Assembly (NCBI GenBank): GCA_030390025.1
Contig: CM059432.1
Coordinates: forward strand, 138,014,001 to 138,078,000
Reading direction: 5' to 3'
From: Squalus acanthias
Lineage: Eukaryota
Length of the DNA stretch: 64,000 nt
A model generated the notes under the pieces. It had not been told where the DNA came from. It did not search any database and worked only from the letters and a program-made list of their open reading frames with translations. Below, piece by piece: positions 38,293 through 51,579 of the stretch (its first letter is position 1; each line of letters opens with the position of its first letter). Made by a program: the position numbers and the translations under genes.

Positions 38293-39074
38293 CCATGGAC
38301 GAGAATGAGATATGTATATAGCGCACTGGTTTGTCGCTCGATTGTTTGAAGAGTCCCGGACCCCAGGTACTGCCCAGCTACTGAGAACTACAGAGCAAAG
38401 CACAGTAGTCTGTTTAAAGCTTGATGATTGTTGGTGGGGTAGGTCTTAGCGTCCATCAGAGGCTGCACACCCCCAAAGTCTATTCCCGCTAAAGTTAACG
38501 CTGAACCATCTAACGTAATAAAGGAATCAAAAATCTACGTTGAACAAAATGCTCGGCTGAAGAAGTTATCTTCTCCCCCCTTGTTAAGTTAACTCCTGCT
38601 CAGAGAGTGAGCTAATTCCTACCAGGTCATTTTAAATGCCCCCGCTTCCCCCCGCCAACTCGCCCAGCCCTCTCTGGCAGCTCATTAACAAGTCCCTAAC
38701 AAACCTTCACAGGCAATAGGAGACTTTTCAAAACCATTTCATTACCACATTCACTCCTTTTTTTTTTATCGTCTCGGAAAGCAGCAAAGCGGGGTGGGGG
38801 AGAAAGTGGTGGTTTCAGTTTTACTTCTAGTTTTTCTCACCGATTTTAATGCCTGTCTGAGCTGTCATTAAACAACGACTCTCGATCTCCGACTTACCCC
38901 AACATGCGACCTTTATAGAAATCCATAACTTGACCAACCTCCTTCGCCACCCTGAAATTAAACAGATTTGTTGGTCAGAAATTAAGTTGAGCTTTGCTGC
39001 CGATGGTAATGCTTTGTATTAATTGACACTGTGGAGATGATTATAGTGCTGTTCATATTGTTATATAGAATTGA

Positions 39075-39410
39075 CAGCGCCTGTCACAACTTCAGGACGC
39101 CCCAGAGCACTTCACAGCCAATGAAGTACTTTTGAAGTGTAGTCACTGTTGCAATGTAGGAAACACGGCAGCCAATTTGCGCACAGCAAGCTCCCACGAA
39201 CATGATAATGTGACAATGACATCTATTTTCACGATATCGGTTGAGGAATAAATGTTGTCCAGGACTCCCCTGCTCTTCTTCGAAATAATGTTATTGGTTT
39301 AACGCCTCATCCGAAAAACTACACCTCCGACAGTGCAGCACAGAGCGTGCTCAAGTCTCTGGAGTGGGACTTGAACCCACGACCTTCTGACTCAGAGACG
39401 AGCCACAGCT
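39075..39410 (-). mobile_element. Deu-type SINE, internally deleted
   Basis: Family match. Confidence 0.8.
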
Positions 39411-39496
39411 GGCATGAATCAATATATATATATATTAATGTGTGCTTAGATACTTCACATTTATTTTGTCCTTCGAATGCTTGGATTGGGATTACA

Positions 39497-40572
39497 TAGA
39501 AGCATCTAAGGGGAAGTTAGATAGGCACAAGAGGTGGAAAGGAATAGAATAATATTGTTAATAGGGTGAGATGAAGAGGGGTGGGAGGAGGCTGGTGTGA
39601 CCATTTGGGCCGAATGGCCTGTTTCTTTGCTGTAGACGCGATGTAACTCGATGTAGTATGAAATGCATTAAATATAAAGCCAGCCATTTGGCCTACAGAT
39701 AACAATGCTTGTGCTAGTGAGCCAGTTGGTTGTCTCCTATTACAGGCTAAAGTTCCATGTGGAAACAGAAATCCAAACTCCATGACAACTAATCAGCCAA
39801 ATCCCTTATAATGCAAATGTCATTGGTATTCATCCCTGCAATACACTCACTAAAAATTACTGTTATACAACCACCATTTTCCATAGCGGAAAACAGTTTT
39901 TTGAGGCCGAGATATAGTATGTATATCTGCATTTATTATGCATTACTTGCAATGAAATGATCACGGACTGTGAAAGCAAAGGTTACTGTGCTACCTTTTG
40001 ATGACACTTCAGAAAATAAAATCCTACTGCTCATTTATTCTGGATTTCACTTATTGCAAGCAGATCATTTGGAAGAATAATAGTTTCGGATATTGAGAAG
40101 CAAAACCCAAGCAGAATGCTGTAGCGTATAAAGCCGAGAGGTAATGAAGATATTTTAGGAACGTTACAAGAATGGTTGTTTCCGATAAAGGTCCAATGCT
40201 AGATCTGGCATCTGTCTTTTAATATATTCGACAGGCAACAACAACTTGCATTTACATCCTGCCTTTAATGCAGTAAAACAACCCAAGGGGCTTCACAGCA
40301 GCGTAATCAGGCAAAATTTGACACCGAGCCACGTAAGGAGATATTAGTACAGGAAGAGATAGATTTTAAGGAGCGTCTTAAAGGAGGAGAGAGAGGTGGA
40401 GAGGTTCAGGGAGGGAATTCCACAGCTTAGGGCCCAGGCAGCTGACAAGTCTAACACTCTGTCGTCACTTCTGATGTCGAACTGAAGATGGGATAGCGAC
40501 AGCTATTACTTAGTTGACTTCGTGTGACAAGTGCTGATCTTGTTGACGTTGACCTTGTTTTTCATAATGAGG
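39497..40572 (-). repeat. Right arm of inverted segmental duplication
   Basis: ORF 39517-39783 (-) is nearly identical to ORF 33165-33461 (+); shares the L2 and CR1 fragments of the left arm. Confidence 0.95.
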
Positions 40573-40890
40573 CTATAACAAATCAAACTGGCATCTTAAC
40601 AGGACAGGCTACTCTGCTGAAGAGCAAATTTGATCTATCCCTTGATTTCTTCCCCCCCCCCCCCCATTCATTTTAATTAAGTTGCTTCACTGAAGCTGAG
40701 TCTCTAGTGACAGAAGAACGTTGGCAGTTTGACCTAAGGTGTAGGCCTCAGGCCTTATCCTATTTGGCTGCTTGCGGAAGCCTGCCAGTGTAGGTTGACG
40801 GAATTTTTCACCACACACAATACCTGCTGTGAGTAGCACGCTCGCCTCTGAGTCAGAAGGTTGTAGGTTCGAGCCCCATTCCAGAGACTT

Positions 40891-41716
40891 GGGGGGCGAT
40901 TTTGTCAATGGGGCGCGTTGGAGGCGGGACTGCTGCTTGTCGGGTTTTAGTCCCGCCTCCATCGACTTCTGGCCAACCCACGCTATTTTCCCTTGATTGA
41001 CCTTGTTAAGCTAGCCCAGCGGGCTTAGCAGGCCAATTAAGGGGAAGCCGGTTACAGAGAACGTCAGCGTATGACGTTTCATCTGTCAGAAATTTTTGAC
41101 AGATGAATTGTCATCGTTTGACAGCTCTGTGAAGCTGTCAAACACTGACATTCTCTGTTGTTTGATGAGTCCTTGTATTCAAGACTCATCAAACCTCTTT
41201 TGTGAGCAGAAATTAGATGGCTGTTGCATCGGAGAATGCAGCAGCCATCTGTCATCTCTGCCGGTGAGATGCGAGACTCTCCGCATCCCCAACTGTTGAA
41301 GCCTGCAGGAAGAAACAAAGGTCAGTAAACATTTTCTATCACTTTCCACTCACCTCACATACTCACCCCTCCACACTTGCACCCATCACTTACCTCCACA
41401 GCGCACTTTTGCACCCCTCCGACCCCCGCAGACCCACTGCTCGCCTCGGTGACCCTGGCGGGGTTTCCCGACGTTGGGAAGCCCGCGCCTCTGTTGGAAA
41501 AATGGGGATAATCCTATTAACAGGCAGTTAAGTGGCTGTAATCCCCTTCCCGCCTCCAGGAGAACGGGACCCGGCGCGGGTCAGCTACCCGCCTCCTGGG
41601 AAGATGGCACGGAGGCGGGTTGGGGGCGGGTTGGGCACCCGCCCCCAGATTCTGCCATTTTCCCGGCAGTCCCGCCTCCAAACCCACCTCCCCAGGGCTG
41701 GCAAGATCGCGCCCCC
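40891..41716 (+). mobile_element. Harbinger-type MITE family B copy 1, inserted in a SINE (40825-41880)
   Basis: GGG..GATTTTG / CAAGATCGCGCCC ends; SINE ccagagactt|gagcacaaaatc is split; aligns end to end with 48749-49584 and 53971-54793. Confidence 0.85.
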
Positions 41717-43084
41717 GAGCACAAAATCTAGGCTGACAAGCCCAGTGCAGTACTGATGGAGTGCTGCACTGTCGGAGGTGCCGTCTTTCGGATGAGGCAT
41801 TAAACCAAGGGCCCTGTCTGCCCTCTCAAATGGACGTGAAAGATCCCATGGCACTATTTCGGAAAAGAACAGCGGAGTTCGTCCTTGTCACCTTCACATG
41901 GCTGAAAATGGCATGCGCCCCTGCCACCCCTCCCCACCTGTTGCCAAAGTCGAGTGTAAAGTCGCCTGGAATCAGTGCAGGAGGATCCCAGCAGGAACGA
42001 TCCTGGTGCATTCGCTGGAATCGCTGGCCCTCGGATTCTCAGTGTTATTTTTTTTAAATGACTTGTTGCTCTATGTCGTCTTTGACTGTAGAGGCCTACT
42101 AATCACATGGATTGTTTGAAGTGTATTACGGACCGTGAAGTCTGTTTTATTAACCCAGGTTGATTATGAGAGAAAGTTATTGGATTTCACAGTCTCAATT
42201 AAAACAGAACAGTTTCCATCTGAAGAAAGTAGAAATATGTTTGTAGACCGGGTGACAATTTTAATTGGATCTGAGCCTGATTCTCCAGCATTATGATCAG
42301 TCTATACTTTTGGCTCCACGGTACACCTACTCAGAAACATCGGTAGCATGAACATTGCAGTCTTATGGTTACAAGATTGTTGTTCCGATATAGCAAAAGT
42401 ATAAATTGTGAAAAAGCATTAAAAAAAACTAAAATCAATATTGTTATATGGCACTGCTTCAAATAGGGACTAATACGTTATATTGCTGTAGTGTACAAAT
42501 AGTCAATACTCTAGTCATTGTCAATGCTAACCAGTTTAAAATACACAAATAAGATGCTTGGCTATAAATTCTTCTGAAGGGAATGTGGTTTCGGTACTTG
42601 GTTCTGCTGACATTTTACATTTTTGCTGCAGAGACTTTGCTACAAAACGGCGTGTGCGCCGAGTACACCATACTTCGCTTATGTCTGCTTTGTCCAAATT
42701 ACAGCAAGTGAAATGTAATCGTTGCACTACACTTAAAACTATGGAAGAGACTTAGCTCCAGCAAATAAAGGGAGACTAATGGATACCTGGGAGTGATTAC
42801 AAAGCAGTAATCTAATCTTGGGGGTTTAGATGTCATAAACTGCAAGAGCAAAGCTTGAGTGGCTTATAACTGCCAAAGGAACCTCAGGATAATATTACTA
42901 CCTCACAACACTCCATGGTATTGATTATTTTTATGTTCTCTAATAATATATAAAGTGATTTAACTTGATATGGAGGTTTTTCTCAGTATTGAGTTCGTTT
43001 TTATGCTGGCAGGGAATGCTGACTATTCGTGTGGTCTATGCCATTGATGCATGATGACCTTCACACTGGAGGATTAACCATCAT

Positions 43085-44159
43085 GACATAGAATTACATA
43101 GAATGTACGGCACAGAAATAGGCTATTTGGCCCAACGGGTCCATGCCGGTGTTTATGCTCCACCTACCCCACGTCATCTAACCCCGACAACATAACCTTT
43201 TATTCCTTTCTCCCTCGTGTGTTTATCTAGCTTTACCTTAAATGTATCTATGCTAGTTGCCTCAACCACTCCTTGTGGTAACCAGTTCCACATTCTCACC
43301 ACTCTCTGGGCAAAGACATTTCTCCTGAATTCCCTCTTGGATTTATTAGTGACTATCTTATATTTATGGCCCCTAGTTCTGGTCTCACCCGCAAGTGGAA
43401 ACAACTTCTCTACGCCTACCCTATCGAACCCTTTCGTAATCTTAAAGACCTCTATCAGGTGATTAATATAAATTTACCTAGAAATAATCCACAGTTGATT
43501 ATTGGGAAATTCTACGTGCGGCGTATATATTTTGATTATTTAAATAAAGCTTAGGGCCCAGGCAGCTGAAGGCACGGCTGCTAATGGTGGAGCGATGAAA
43601 ATCGGGGATGCTCAAGAGGCCATAATTGGAGGAGCGCAGAGATCTCAGAGAGTTGTAGGACTGGAGGAAGTTACAGGGTGGGGCCGGGATGGTTGCGAGG
43701 CCATGGAGGGATTTTAAAATTGAGGCTTTGCCAGACTGGGAGCCAATATAACTTCCTTTACAGCGCACAGATTAGCTGTACCTCAATTTGTCTCGGCAGT
43801 AACTACTTTGGTTGCCTGTCAAAGTTATTGTACGACAAATAAGAAGGGAATTTCCTATCAGTTATCATGGAATGTTAGCCAAACTCGTGACAATGTTAAA
43901 TTGGAGGAGAAATGTCTTCACTCAGAGGGTTGTGAATCTTGAATTAATTCTCTACCCCAGAGGGCTGTGGAGGCTCAGTTGTTGAGTATATTCAAGACAG
44001 AGATTGATAGATTTTTGAATATTAAGGGAATCAAGGGATATGGGGATAGTGCGGGAAAGTGGAGTTGAGGTAGAAGATCAGCCATGATCGTATTGAATGG
44101 CGGAGCAGGCTCGAGGGGCCGAATGGCCGACTCCTGCTCCTATTTCTTATGTTCTTATG
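43085..44159. mobile_element. Cluster: CR1 (43085-43460, -), L2 fragment (43548-43748, -), CR1 (43903-44159, +)
   Basis: Family matches; ORFs 43174-43404 and 43499-43768. Confidence 0.85.
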
Positions 44160-44222
44160 TGGAGTCCTTGAATTAAACCAGCAGGAAATAAAAAAGAAAC
44201 TGAGATAGTTATTTGATACTTT

Positions 44223-44838
44223 GGGCTAAAAATTGAGTCGCGCCCCATTTGGGGTGCTAACCTCGCCGGGGCGCTACGTTTAGCGCCCCGAAAAAATTAG
44301 CGCCCCCGCGCCGGAACTTGAGTGGTTGCGCCCCAAGAGGGAAGCGGGGCGCTACTGGAAGCACCCCGCATCCCTCTTGGGGCGCTGCGAGGGAATATCC
44401 TGGCGCTACGCGCTGCGGCACGTCGCACCACGGTACTGCAGGCCTTCCTCCCTTTCTTAAAGGGGAGGGGCCCTGCGCAGCGCGAACTGGGGCCCAGCTG
44501 GGCCCCCAGGGATCGGGAGTGCCGGCAAAAGAGCCCGACACTCAAGAGAAGTGCCGGGCTCTTGGAGCGCAGCCGGCACTTCACGGTGGGGGAGCTTCAC
44601 GGGGGCCGGGGACAGCAACGGGGGCAGGTGCTGGCAGGCGGCCAGCAACAAAAATGGCCGCCTGCCACCTCCCCTTTAAATATCGCTGCCCCGGCCGCAC
44701 GTACGCCCCCTGAACCCGTCGGACATAGCGCCTGGCGGCAAGTCAGGGGGCGCTACCGAAGATCGTGGCTGGAGCGCGAGCGGGGTGCTGCGCACGGCAA
44801 TGACGTCATCATCTATGTTTGTCATGGAAATTTCTCGG
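44223..44838. mobile_element. GC-rich Harbinger-type MITE (family A), right end degraded
   Basis: Left end GGGCTAAAAATT..gccccatttggggtgctaac as at 17559 and 25122; GGCGCTA repeats. Confidence 0.7.
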
Positions 44839-44856
44839 TAAATGCCTGTGGCTCAT

Positions 44857-45110
44857 CAACAACAACAACTGTATTTATATAGCGCCTTTAACGTAGTAAA
44901 ACGTCCTAAGACACTTCACGGCAGCATTATCAAACAAGGTTTGACACCGAGAGGACAGATGACCAAAAGCTTGGTCAAAGAGGTAGGGTTAAAGGAGTGT
45001 CTTAAAGGAGGAAAGAGAGGTAGAGAGGTGGAGAGTTTTAGGGAGGGAATTCCTGAGCTTAAGGCCAAGGCAGCTGAAGGAACGGCGGCCAATGGTGGAG
45101 CGATTAAAAA
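44857..45110 (-). mobile_element. L2-clade LINE 3' end
   Basis: Family match with (caa)n tail. Confidence 0.85.
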
Positions 45111-46004
45111 CGGACAGCAGACATTGAGAGACATGCAAATCCCTTACAATATTTCCATTAAAACCAGCGAGATGATGGATCAGATCTTGCTTCCTTCAGT
45201 AATAAAAATGCAGCCACGAGTTCACCAAAATAACTTATTGTCAGAATGTAGTTATTGCAGGACTCTTAAGCTTATTAATCTGTCAACGTTGCAGCTGTTC
45301 CAGCGTTGGTTCAGGGAGGGAGCGGGGGAGGGGTCGAGTGATGAAGTGAAATTCTGATCAGTGCACTGAGAGCAACAGAATGCATTTTGATTACATCTTA
45401 TCTCAATTGTGCATTTGTTGTTTTTATTTAAAGGAGGGAGCATTTTGGTTGCAAAAAGTCCCACTCAAACCGTGGGAACAAGACCCGCAGCCAGGGTCCT
45501 TCACGAAGCCACTGTGTACAATGTTACTTTCGAAATAAAACCAGAAAATAAACCTAGGCGCGGGACTTGGAATTAACCCCAGGGCCTAGGCTTTCCAGAT
45601 AGAAACCTACCACTGTAGCAATGCTCAAGTGCCATTCAATCCATTATCTGTGATTTGATGGAAACATTGCAAGAGATTTTTCATTTACCTCAACGTCAGA
45701 AGATTCACAGTATTGACTAAGTAATCTCTGTGACAATCAATAAGATTAAACTATTCCAACGGATTAAAAAAACATCTTTTGTAACATCCATTTTAGGAGG
45801 TTCCAGCTTGTACTCATGACTTAAAGTAGCAAATATTAAGCTTCTGCGCCCAAATACTTTTGTATAAAAGGTATTTTATATTCTCACAGTAAAACGGCCC
45901 AAGACGTTAAAGGCGCCATACAAATGCAAGTTGTTGTCGTTGTCAAACCTACTGCACTTTATGACATAATGAAGGTAATTCGTTGGGAAATCATAACAAT
46001 GCAG

Positions 46005-46435
46005 AAGGTTGTGGGTTCAAGTCCCACTCCAGGGACTCGAGCACCTAAAGCTAGGCTGACACTCCCAGTGCAGTGCTGAGGGAGTGCTGCACTGTCGGAG
46101 GTGCCGTCTTTTGGATAAGACGTTAAACCGAGGCCCCGTCTGCTCTCTCAGGTGGACGTAAAAGATCCCACAGCACTATTTCGAAGAAGAGCAGGGGGAG
46201 TTATCCCCGGTGTCCTGGGGCCAATATTTATCCCTCAACCAACATCACTAAAACAGATTATCTGGTCATTATCACACTGCTGTTTGTGGGAGCTTGCTGT
46301 ACGCAAATTGGCTGCCGCGTTTCCCACATTACAACAGTGACTACACTCCAAAAGTGCTTCATTGGCTGTAAAGCGCTTTGAGACGTTCGGTGGTCGTGAA
46401 AGGCGCTATATAAATGCAAGCCTTTCTTTTTCTTT
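46005..46435 (+). mobile_element. Deu-type SINE
   Basis: B box GGTTCAAGTCC, body, tail. Confidence 0.9.
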
Positions 46436-46731
46436 CTAAATTTAGTGTTTCATATGGCATTTAAAAATGATTTATATCCACACTAGCAATTGGCCAAAAA
46501 GGGGAAAACTATCGCACCAAATGTTTTTTTAAAACTCAGTTTTATTCCATTTACTACTAAATGTACTTGTTTGCTCCATTAGACGAGAGGGTTTTGTTAT
46601 AATTTGCCTCATAGCCTCACGAACGGTACGTATAACAGCTTCCAATCTCAGAATTTTCACTAAACGTGTACCACGTAAACGTGTTGTATTCCCTTAACCT
46701 TTTAGCGTAATCCCCTCTTACTAGCATAGTA

Positions 46732-47080
46732 AGAAAGGCTTGCATTTATATAGCGCCTTTCACGACCTCAGGATGTCCCAAAGCGCTTTGCAGCCAATGA
46801 AGTACTTTTGAAGTATAGTCACTGTTGTAATGTAGGAAACGCGGCAGCCAATTTGCGCACAGCAAGCTCCCACAAACAGCAATGTGAGAATGGCCGGACA
46901 ATATGTTTTTTTAGTGATGTTGGTTGAGGGATAAATATTGGCCCCAGGACACCGGGGAGAACTCGCCTGATCTTTTTCGAAATTGTGCCGCGGGATCTTT
47001 TCTGTCCACCTCGGTTTAACCAAAGGACGGCACCTCCGACAGTGCAGCACTCCCGCAGTACTGCCACTGCAGTGTCGGCC
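46732..47080 (-). mobile_element. Deu-type SINE, 5'-truncated
   Basis: Reverse complement of family body and tail. Confidence 0.85.
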
Positions 47081-47907
47081 TATTGTTTTGAATCAAAAAA
47101 GGTTGCCCGTCACCAAGTTACACCATTTTAGTCCTGCTCAACATGCGTGACAAAGCTATACAGCTGTGAAACTCTATATATACACACACGAGAAATATCA
47201 GAACTGACATTTTGCTTATAGAGTTCTTCCACTCTGGTTTTTGTTGGTCTCTGAGCACTGCAGAGTCAGCTGTCAGGACAGTTATTTTATTAATCACTGC
47301 AGCAAGGTATGTACAAAGGCACGAAGACAAGAGCAGACTGAAGAGACTGCGAGATTCACTTCCCACAGTCCACAGCTCACAAGTGTCCAGAAGATCCAGA
47401 TTTTCAGAGCCCAAAGTCACTGCCGTTGGTTGCAAGGCACCTTAAAACATTTGCCCCATGCACGTTCTCACACTGCTAAGTTGTGGAAAGAATTCTGGTT
47501 CCATTTTAACGTTTCAACAAAAACAATTTAGTAAATGTTAACAAAGAGCTGATTGTGATGTATTTGTAGGTTTATATAACAATGCGGGGGGCGGGGGAGG
47601 GGGGGAAAAACCTAACTCCCCGTATGACTGAGAAATGTTTCAGTGTTTTGGAAAAGATGGTAATTAGGGATGAATGAAGAACAACTCGTTATTACAGAAA
47701 TCCATCTGCTCCAAACAGCGAATAGAGACAACAGATGCAACTCGTTAACATTTTAACTCTCGTGATGGGAAAATGGGATCAGAAAATATAATTACCATAA
47801 TGATCCATTTTCAAATTCCGTTTTCAAGCCATTTAATTGAACAAATTAAAATGTCATACAAACATGACAAAAATTGTGCTTTAATCTGCCCCATTTAAAT
47901 GTTGTTG

Positions 47908-49946
47908 TAAATCCTCATCGTTGCTTTCAAATCCCTCCATGGCCTCGCCCCTCCCAATCTCTGTAACCTCCTCCAGCCCTACAGCCCTCCGGGATCTCTG
48001 CGCTCCTCCAATTCTGGCCTCTTGCGCATCACCGATTTTAATCGCTCCACCATTGGCGGCTGTGCCTTCAGCTGCCGAGGCCCTGAGCTCTGGAATTCCC
48101 TCCCTAAACCTCTCCGCCTCTCTACCTCTCACTCCTTCTTAAAGATGCTCCTTAAAACCTCTTTGACCAAGCATTTGGTCATCTGTCCTGATATCTCATA
48201 AGAACATAAGAAATAGGAGCAGGAGTCGGCCATTTGGCCCTTCGAGCCTGCTCCGCCATTCAATAAGATCATGGCTGATCTTCTACCTCATCTCCACTTT
48301 CCTGAACTATCCCCATATCCCTTGATTCCCTTAATATTCAAAAATATATCGATCTCTGTCTTGAATATACTCAACGACTGAGCCTCCACAGCCCTCTGAG
48401 GTAGAGAATTCCAAAGATTCACCACCCTCTGAGTGAAGAAATTTCTCCTCATCTCAGTCCTAAATGGCCGACCCCTTATTCTGAGACTGTGACCCCTGGT
48501 TCTAGACTCTCCAGCCAGTGGAAACATCCTCCCCGCATCTACACTGTCAAGCCCTGTAAGAATGTTGTATGTTTCAATGAGATCACCTCTCATTCTTCTA
48601 AACTCTAGAGAATATAGGCTTAGTCTACTCAATCTCTCCTCATAGGACAATCCTCCCATCCCAGGTATCAGTCTGGTGAACCTTTGTTGCACTCCCTCTA
48701 TGGCAAGTATATCCTTCCTTAGGTAAGGAGACCAAAACTGTACACAATGGGCGCGATCTTGCCAGCCCTGGGGAGGCGGGTATGGAGGCGGGACTGCCGG
48801 GAAATTGGCAGAATTTGGGGGCGGGTGCCCAACACGCCTCCGTGCCATCTTGCCAGGAGGCGGGTAGCCGACCCGCGCCGGGTCCCGTCTCCTTGGAGGC
48901 AGGAAGGGGATTACAGGCACTTAACTGCCTGTTAACAGGTAGTTAACAGGCAGGTAAGAGGATTATCCCCATTTTGCCCACACAAGTGCGGGCTTCCCAA
49001 AGCCTCCGAACCCCGCCAGGGTCACCGAGGCGAGCAGTGGGTCTGCTGGGGTCGGAGGGGTGCAAAAGTGCGCTGTGAAGGTAAGTGATGGGTGCAAGTG
49101 TGGAGAGGTGAGTATGTGAGGTAAGTGGAAAGTGTTAGAAAAAGGTTACTTACCTTTGTTTCTTCCTGCAGGCTTCAAGAGCTGGGTATGCGGAGAGTCT
49201 CGCATCTCCACGGCAGAGATGACAGATGGCCGCTGCATTCTCCAATGCAACAACCATCTAATTTCTGCAAAAGAAAGAGGTTTGATGAGGTCTTGAATTC
49301 AAGAACTCATCAAACTACAGAGAATGTCAGTGTTTGACAGCTTCACAGAGCTGTCAAACGATGACAACTCATCTGTCAAAAATTTTTGACAGATGAAACG
49401 TCATACGCTGACATTCTCTGTAACCAGCTTTCCCTTAATTGGCCTGCTAAACCTGCTGGGCGCGCTTAACAAGGTCAATCAAGGGAAAATAGCGTGGGTT
49501 GGCCAGAAGTTGTTGGAGGCGGGACTGAAACCCAACAAGTGGGAGTCCCGCCTCCAAAAGCTCCCCATTGGCAAAATTCAGCCCAATGACTCCAGGTGTG
49601 GTCTCACCAGGGCCCTATATAATTGCAGGAAGACGTCTTTACTCTTATACTCAAATCCTCTTGTAATAAAGGTCAACATACCATTTGCTTTCCTAATTGC
49701 TTGCTGTACCCGCATGTTAACTTTCAGTGATTCGTGTACAAGGACACCCAGGTCCCGCTGAACACCAACATTTCCCAATCTCTCACCATTTAAAAAATAC
49801 ACTGCTTTTCTATTTTTCCTACCATTTTTTCCTACATCTCCTTCTTGTGGCTAGGTGTCAAAAATGTTTTTATTGGTATCGCTCTTGTTAAGCATCTTGG
49901 GAGGTTTTGCTACATTGAATGCGCTATATCAATGTAAGTTGTTGTT
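47908..49946. mobile_element. Three-level nest: L2 (+) split by CR1 (48198-49825, -) split by MITE family B copy 2 (48749-49584)
   Basis: L2 resumes at atctcctt near 49836; MITE has GGGC/GCCC ends and TSD AAT; CR1 reads through aactgtacacaat|actccagg. Confidence 0.9.
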
Positions 49947-51579
49947 ATTTCAAAGCAACTGCAATTGATTATTTTGCGAAGCTGCCATAAATACATATCA
50001 AATGTGTGCCTGTGGTGGTCGCGTCGCATTGTAACGGGAGTTTACTAAAATAACCAAGAACTGCATAGCATGATACAGAATCATAGAATGATGCAGCACA
50101 GAAGGAGGCCATTCGGCCCATCGTGCTGAGAGAGGAACATAGAAATTAATAGATTTTTTTTTTCCACTATTGCCCAACATATATCACTCTTAATTCTGCT
50201 AGACAACCTCTTTCACTGCAGTGAGCAGCGGAGCTTTTAATTTTTAAAATTGAACTTCAAAAATAAATCTGCTGACCCAACAGTCTTCGAAAGCCAAAAA
50301 AAGAGCCAATTATCCCGTCAGTTTGTTTCTAACGTTGGAAATTCTACCAGTGCTGGTGAGAAGCTCAGACCATTGAGTAGTGGCTGTCCTTAAAGCATCT
50401 AAGTGCAGAAACTTGCTTTTCTCAAGTGAAATGCAGTGCAAGACCAATACCATCGCCAACCGTACAATTCAGGCAATAGCACTGGCCTGAAGGTTCGCTA
50501 AAAGCCAAAGGTTCAAAGGTTTTGGCCAACTCTGCAGGCTGTTCCAGCCTCTGTTAACTCATTAATGATGCCATGCGCAAAGTTACAGCCCTCGCTGCAC
50601 CAGACACGACTATTCCAGTGCTCTCCTGGACAGCTTTCCACTTTCCACCCTCCGTAAACTTGAGCTCATCCAAAACTCTGCTGCCCCGTATCCTAACTCG
50701 CACCAAGTCCCGTTCACCCATCACCCCCTGTGCTCGCCGACCTACACTGGCTCCTGGTCCGGCAACGCCTCGATTTTAAAAATTCTCATCGTTCTTTTCA
50801 AATCTCTCCTTGGCCTCTTCGGGGTAGGAGGCTGGCGGTTACTGGGGCTAATTTTGATTCCTAAGCTGCTGCCGCTGCAGTACATTTCTGCCGGTTAGCT
50901 CTCCCTCCTGACTCAACACCAGCTCAGCAAGTCCTCCGAAGGCCAACTCCTTGTCCATCAGCTGGGAGTCGGCCGACGTGCATTAACTGCTTTAAGCAAC
51001 TGAACCTGGTTCGCGGCTGCTCTCCTGGAACAAGGCAGGAAACGCAGTAAAGAGCAATTTAAAAACGGTCCCTGGTTGATGGCTGGGAACTCGGCCATTT
51101 CTTGGGTGAAGGACAGAAGTGGAAGGCAAGCTAAATCCTAGCGGGAGTTGGGTGGACATTTTAATTAAATCCGTTTGGGACAATTCTATGCATTTCAGAG
51201 ACTGGTTGACTTTAAGTAGTTTACAATTATGAAGTATAGAATAATGGGCATTGTGAAGTTATGAAACGTGTCTGAACAGTAACTACACTTTAAAAAGTAC
51301 TTAATAGGCTGTAAAGCACTTTGGGACGACCTGAGGTCATGCAAGCGCCATAGAAATCCAAGTTCTTTCTTTTTTCCTTTCCTTTTTTTTCTATTCTTTT
51401 CTTTTCCTGGTAGTCTTGCAGGTTGGTGCTTGCTCAGAAAGTGAAAGTGGGAGTTGGGGTTAGGATCCCAGCTGGGCAGTATGAGGGACGCTACAGTACA
51501 GTTCCTATGCTGGGGAGCGGAATAATCCGCTAAGGTTCTCACCTCTGATAGCAATCTAGCAGCCCTAATGGCTCTGCGT

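Noticed and set aside
42159..42760. Exon-like open stretches at about 42159-42296, 42631-42710, and similar ones at 14931, 19650 and 28687
   Set aside because: Weak or missing donor/acceptor, stops in all frames, or no recognisable peptide.
44223..44882. GC-rich overlapping ORFs or CpG-island promoter (also 17.7, 25.2, 60.5 kb)
   Set aside because: All lie within TIR-bounded MITEs; long frames follow from high GC content.
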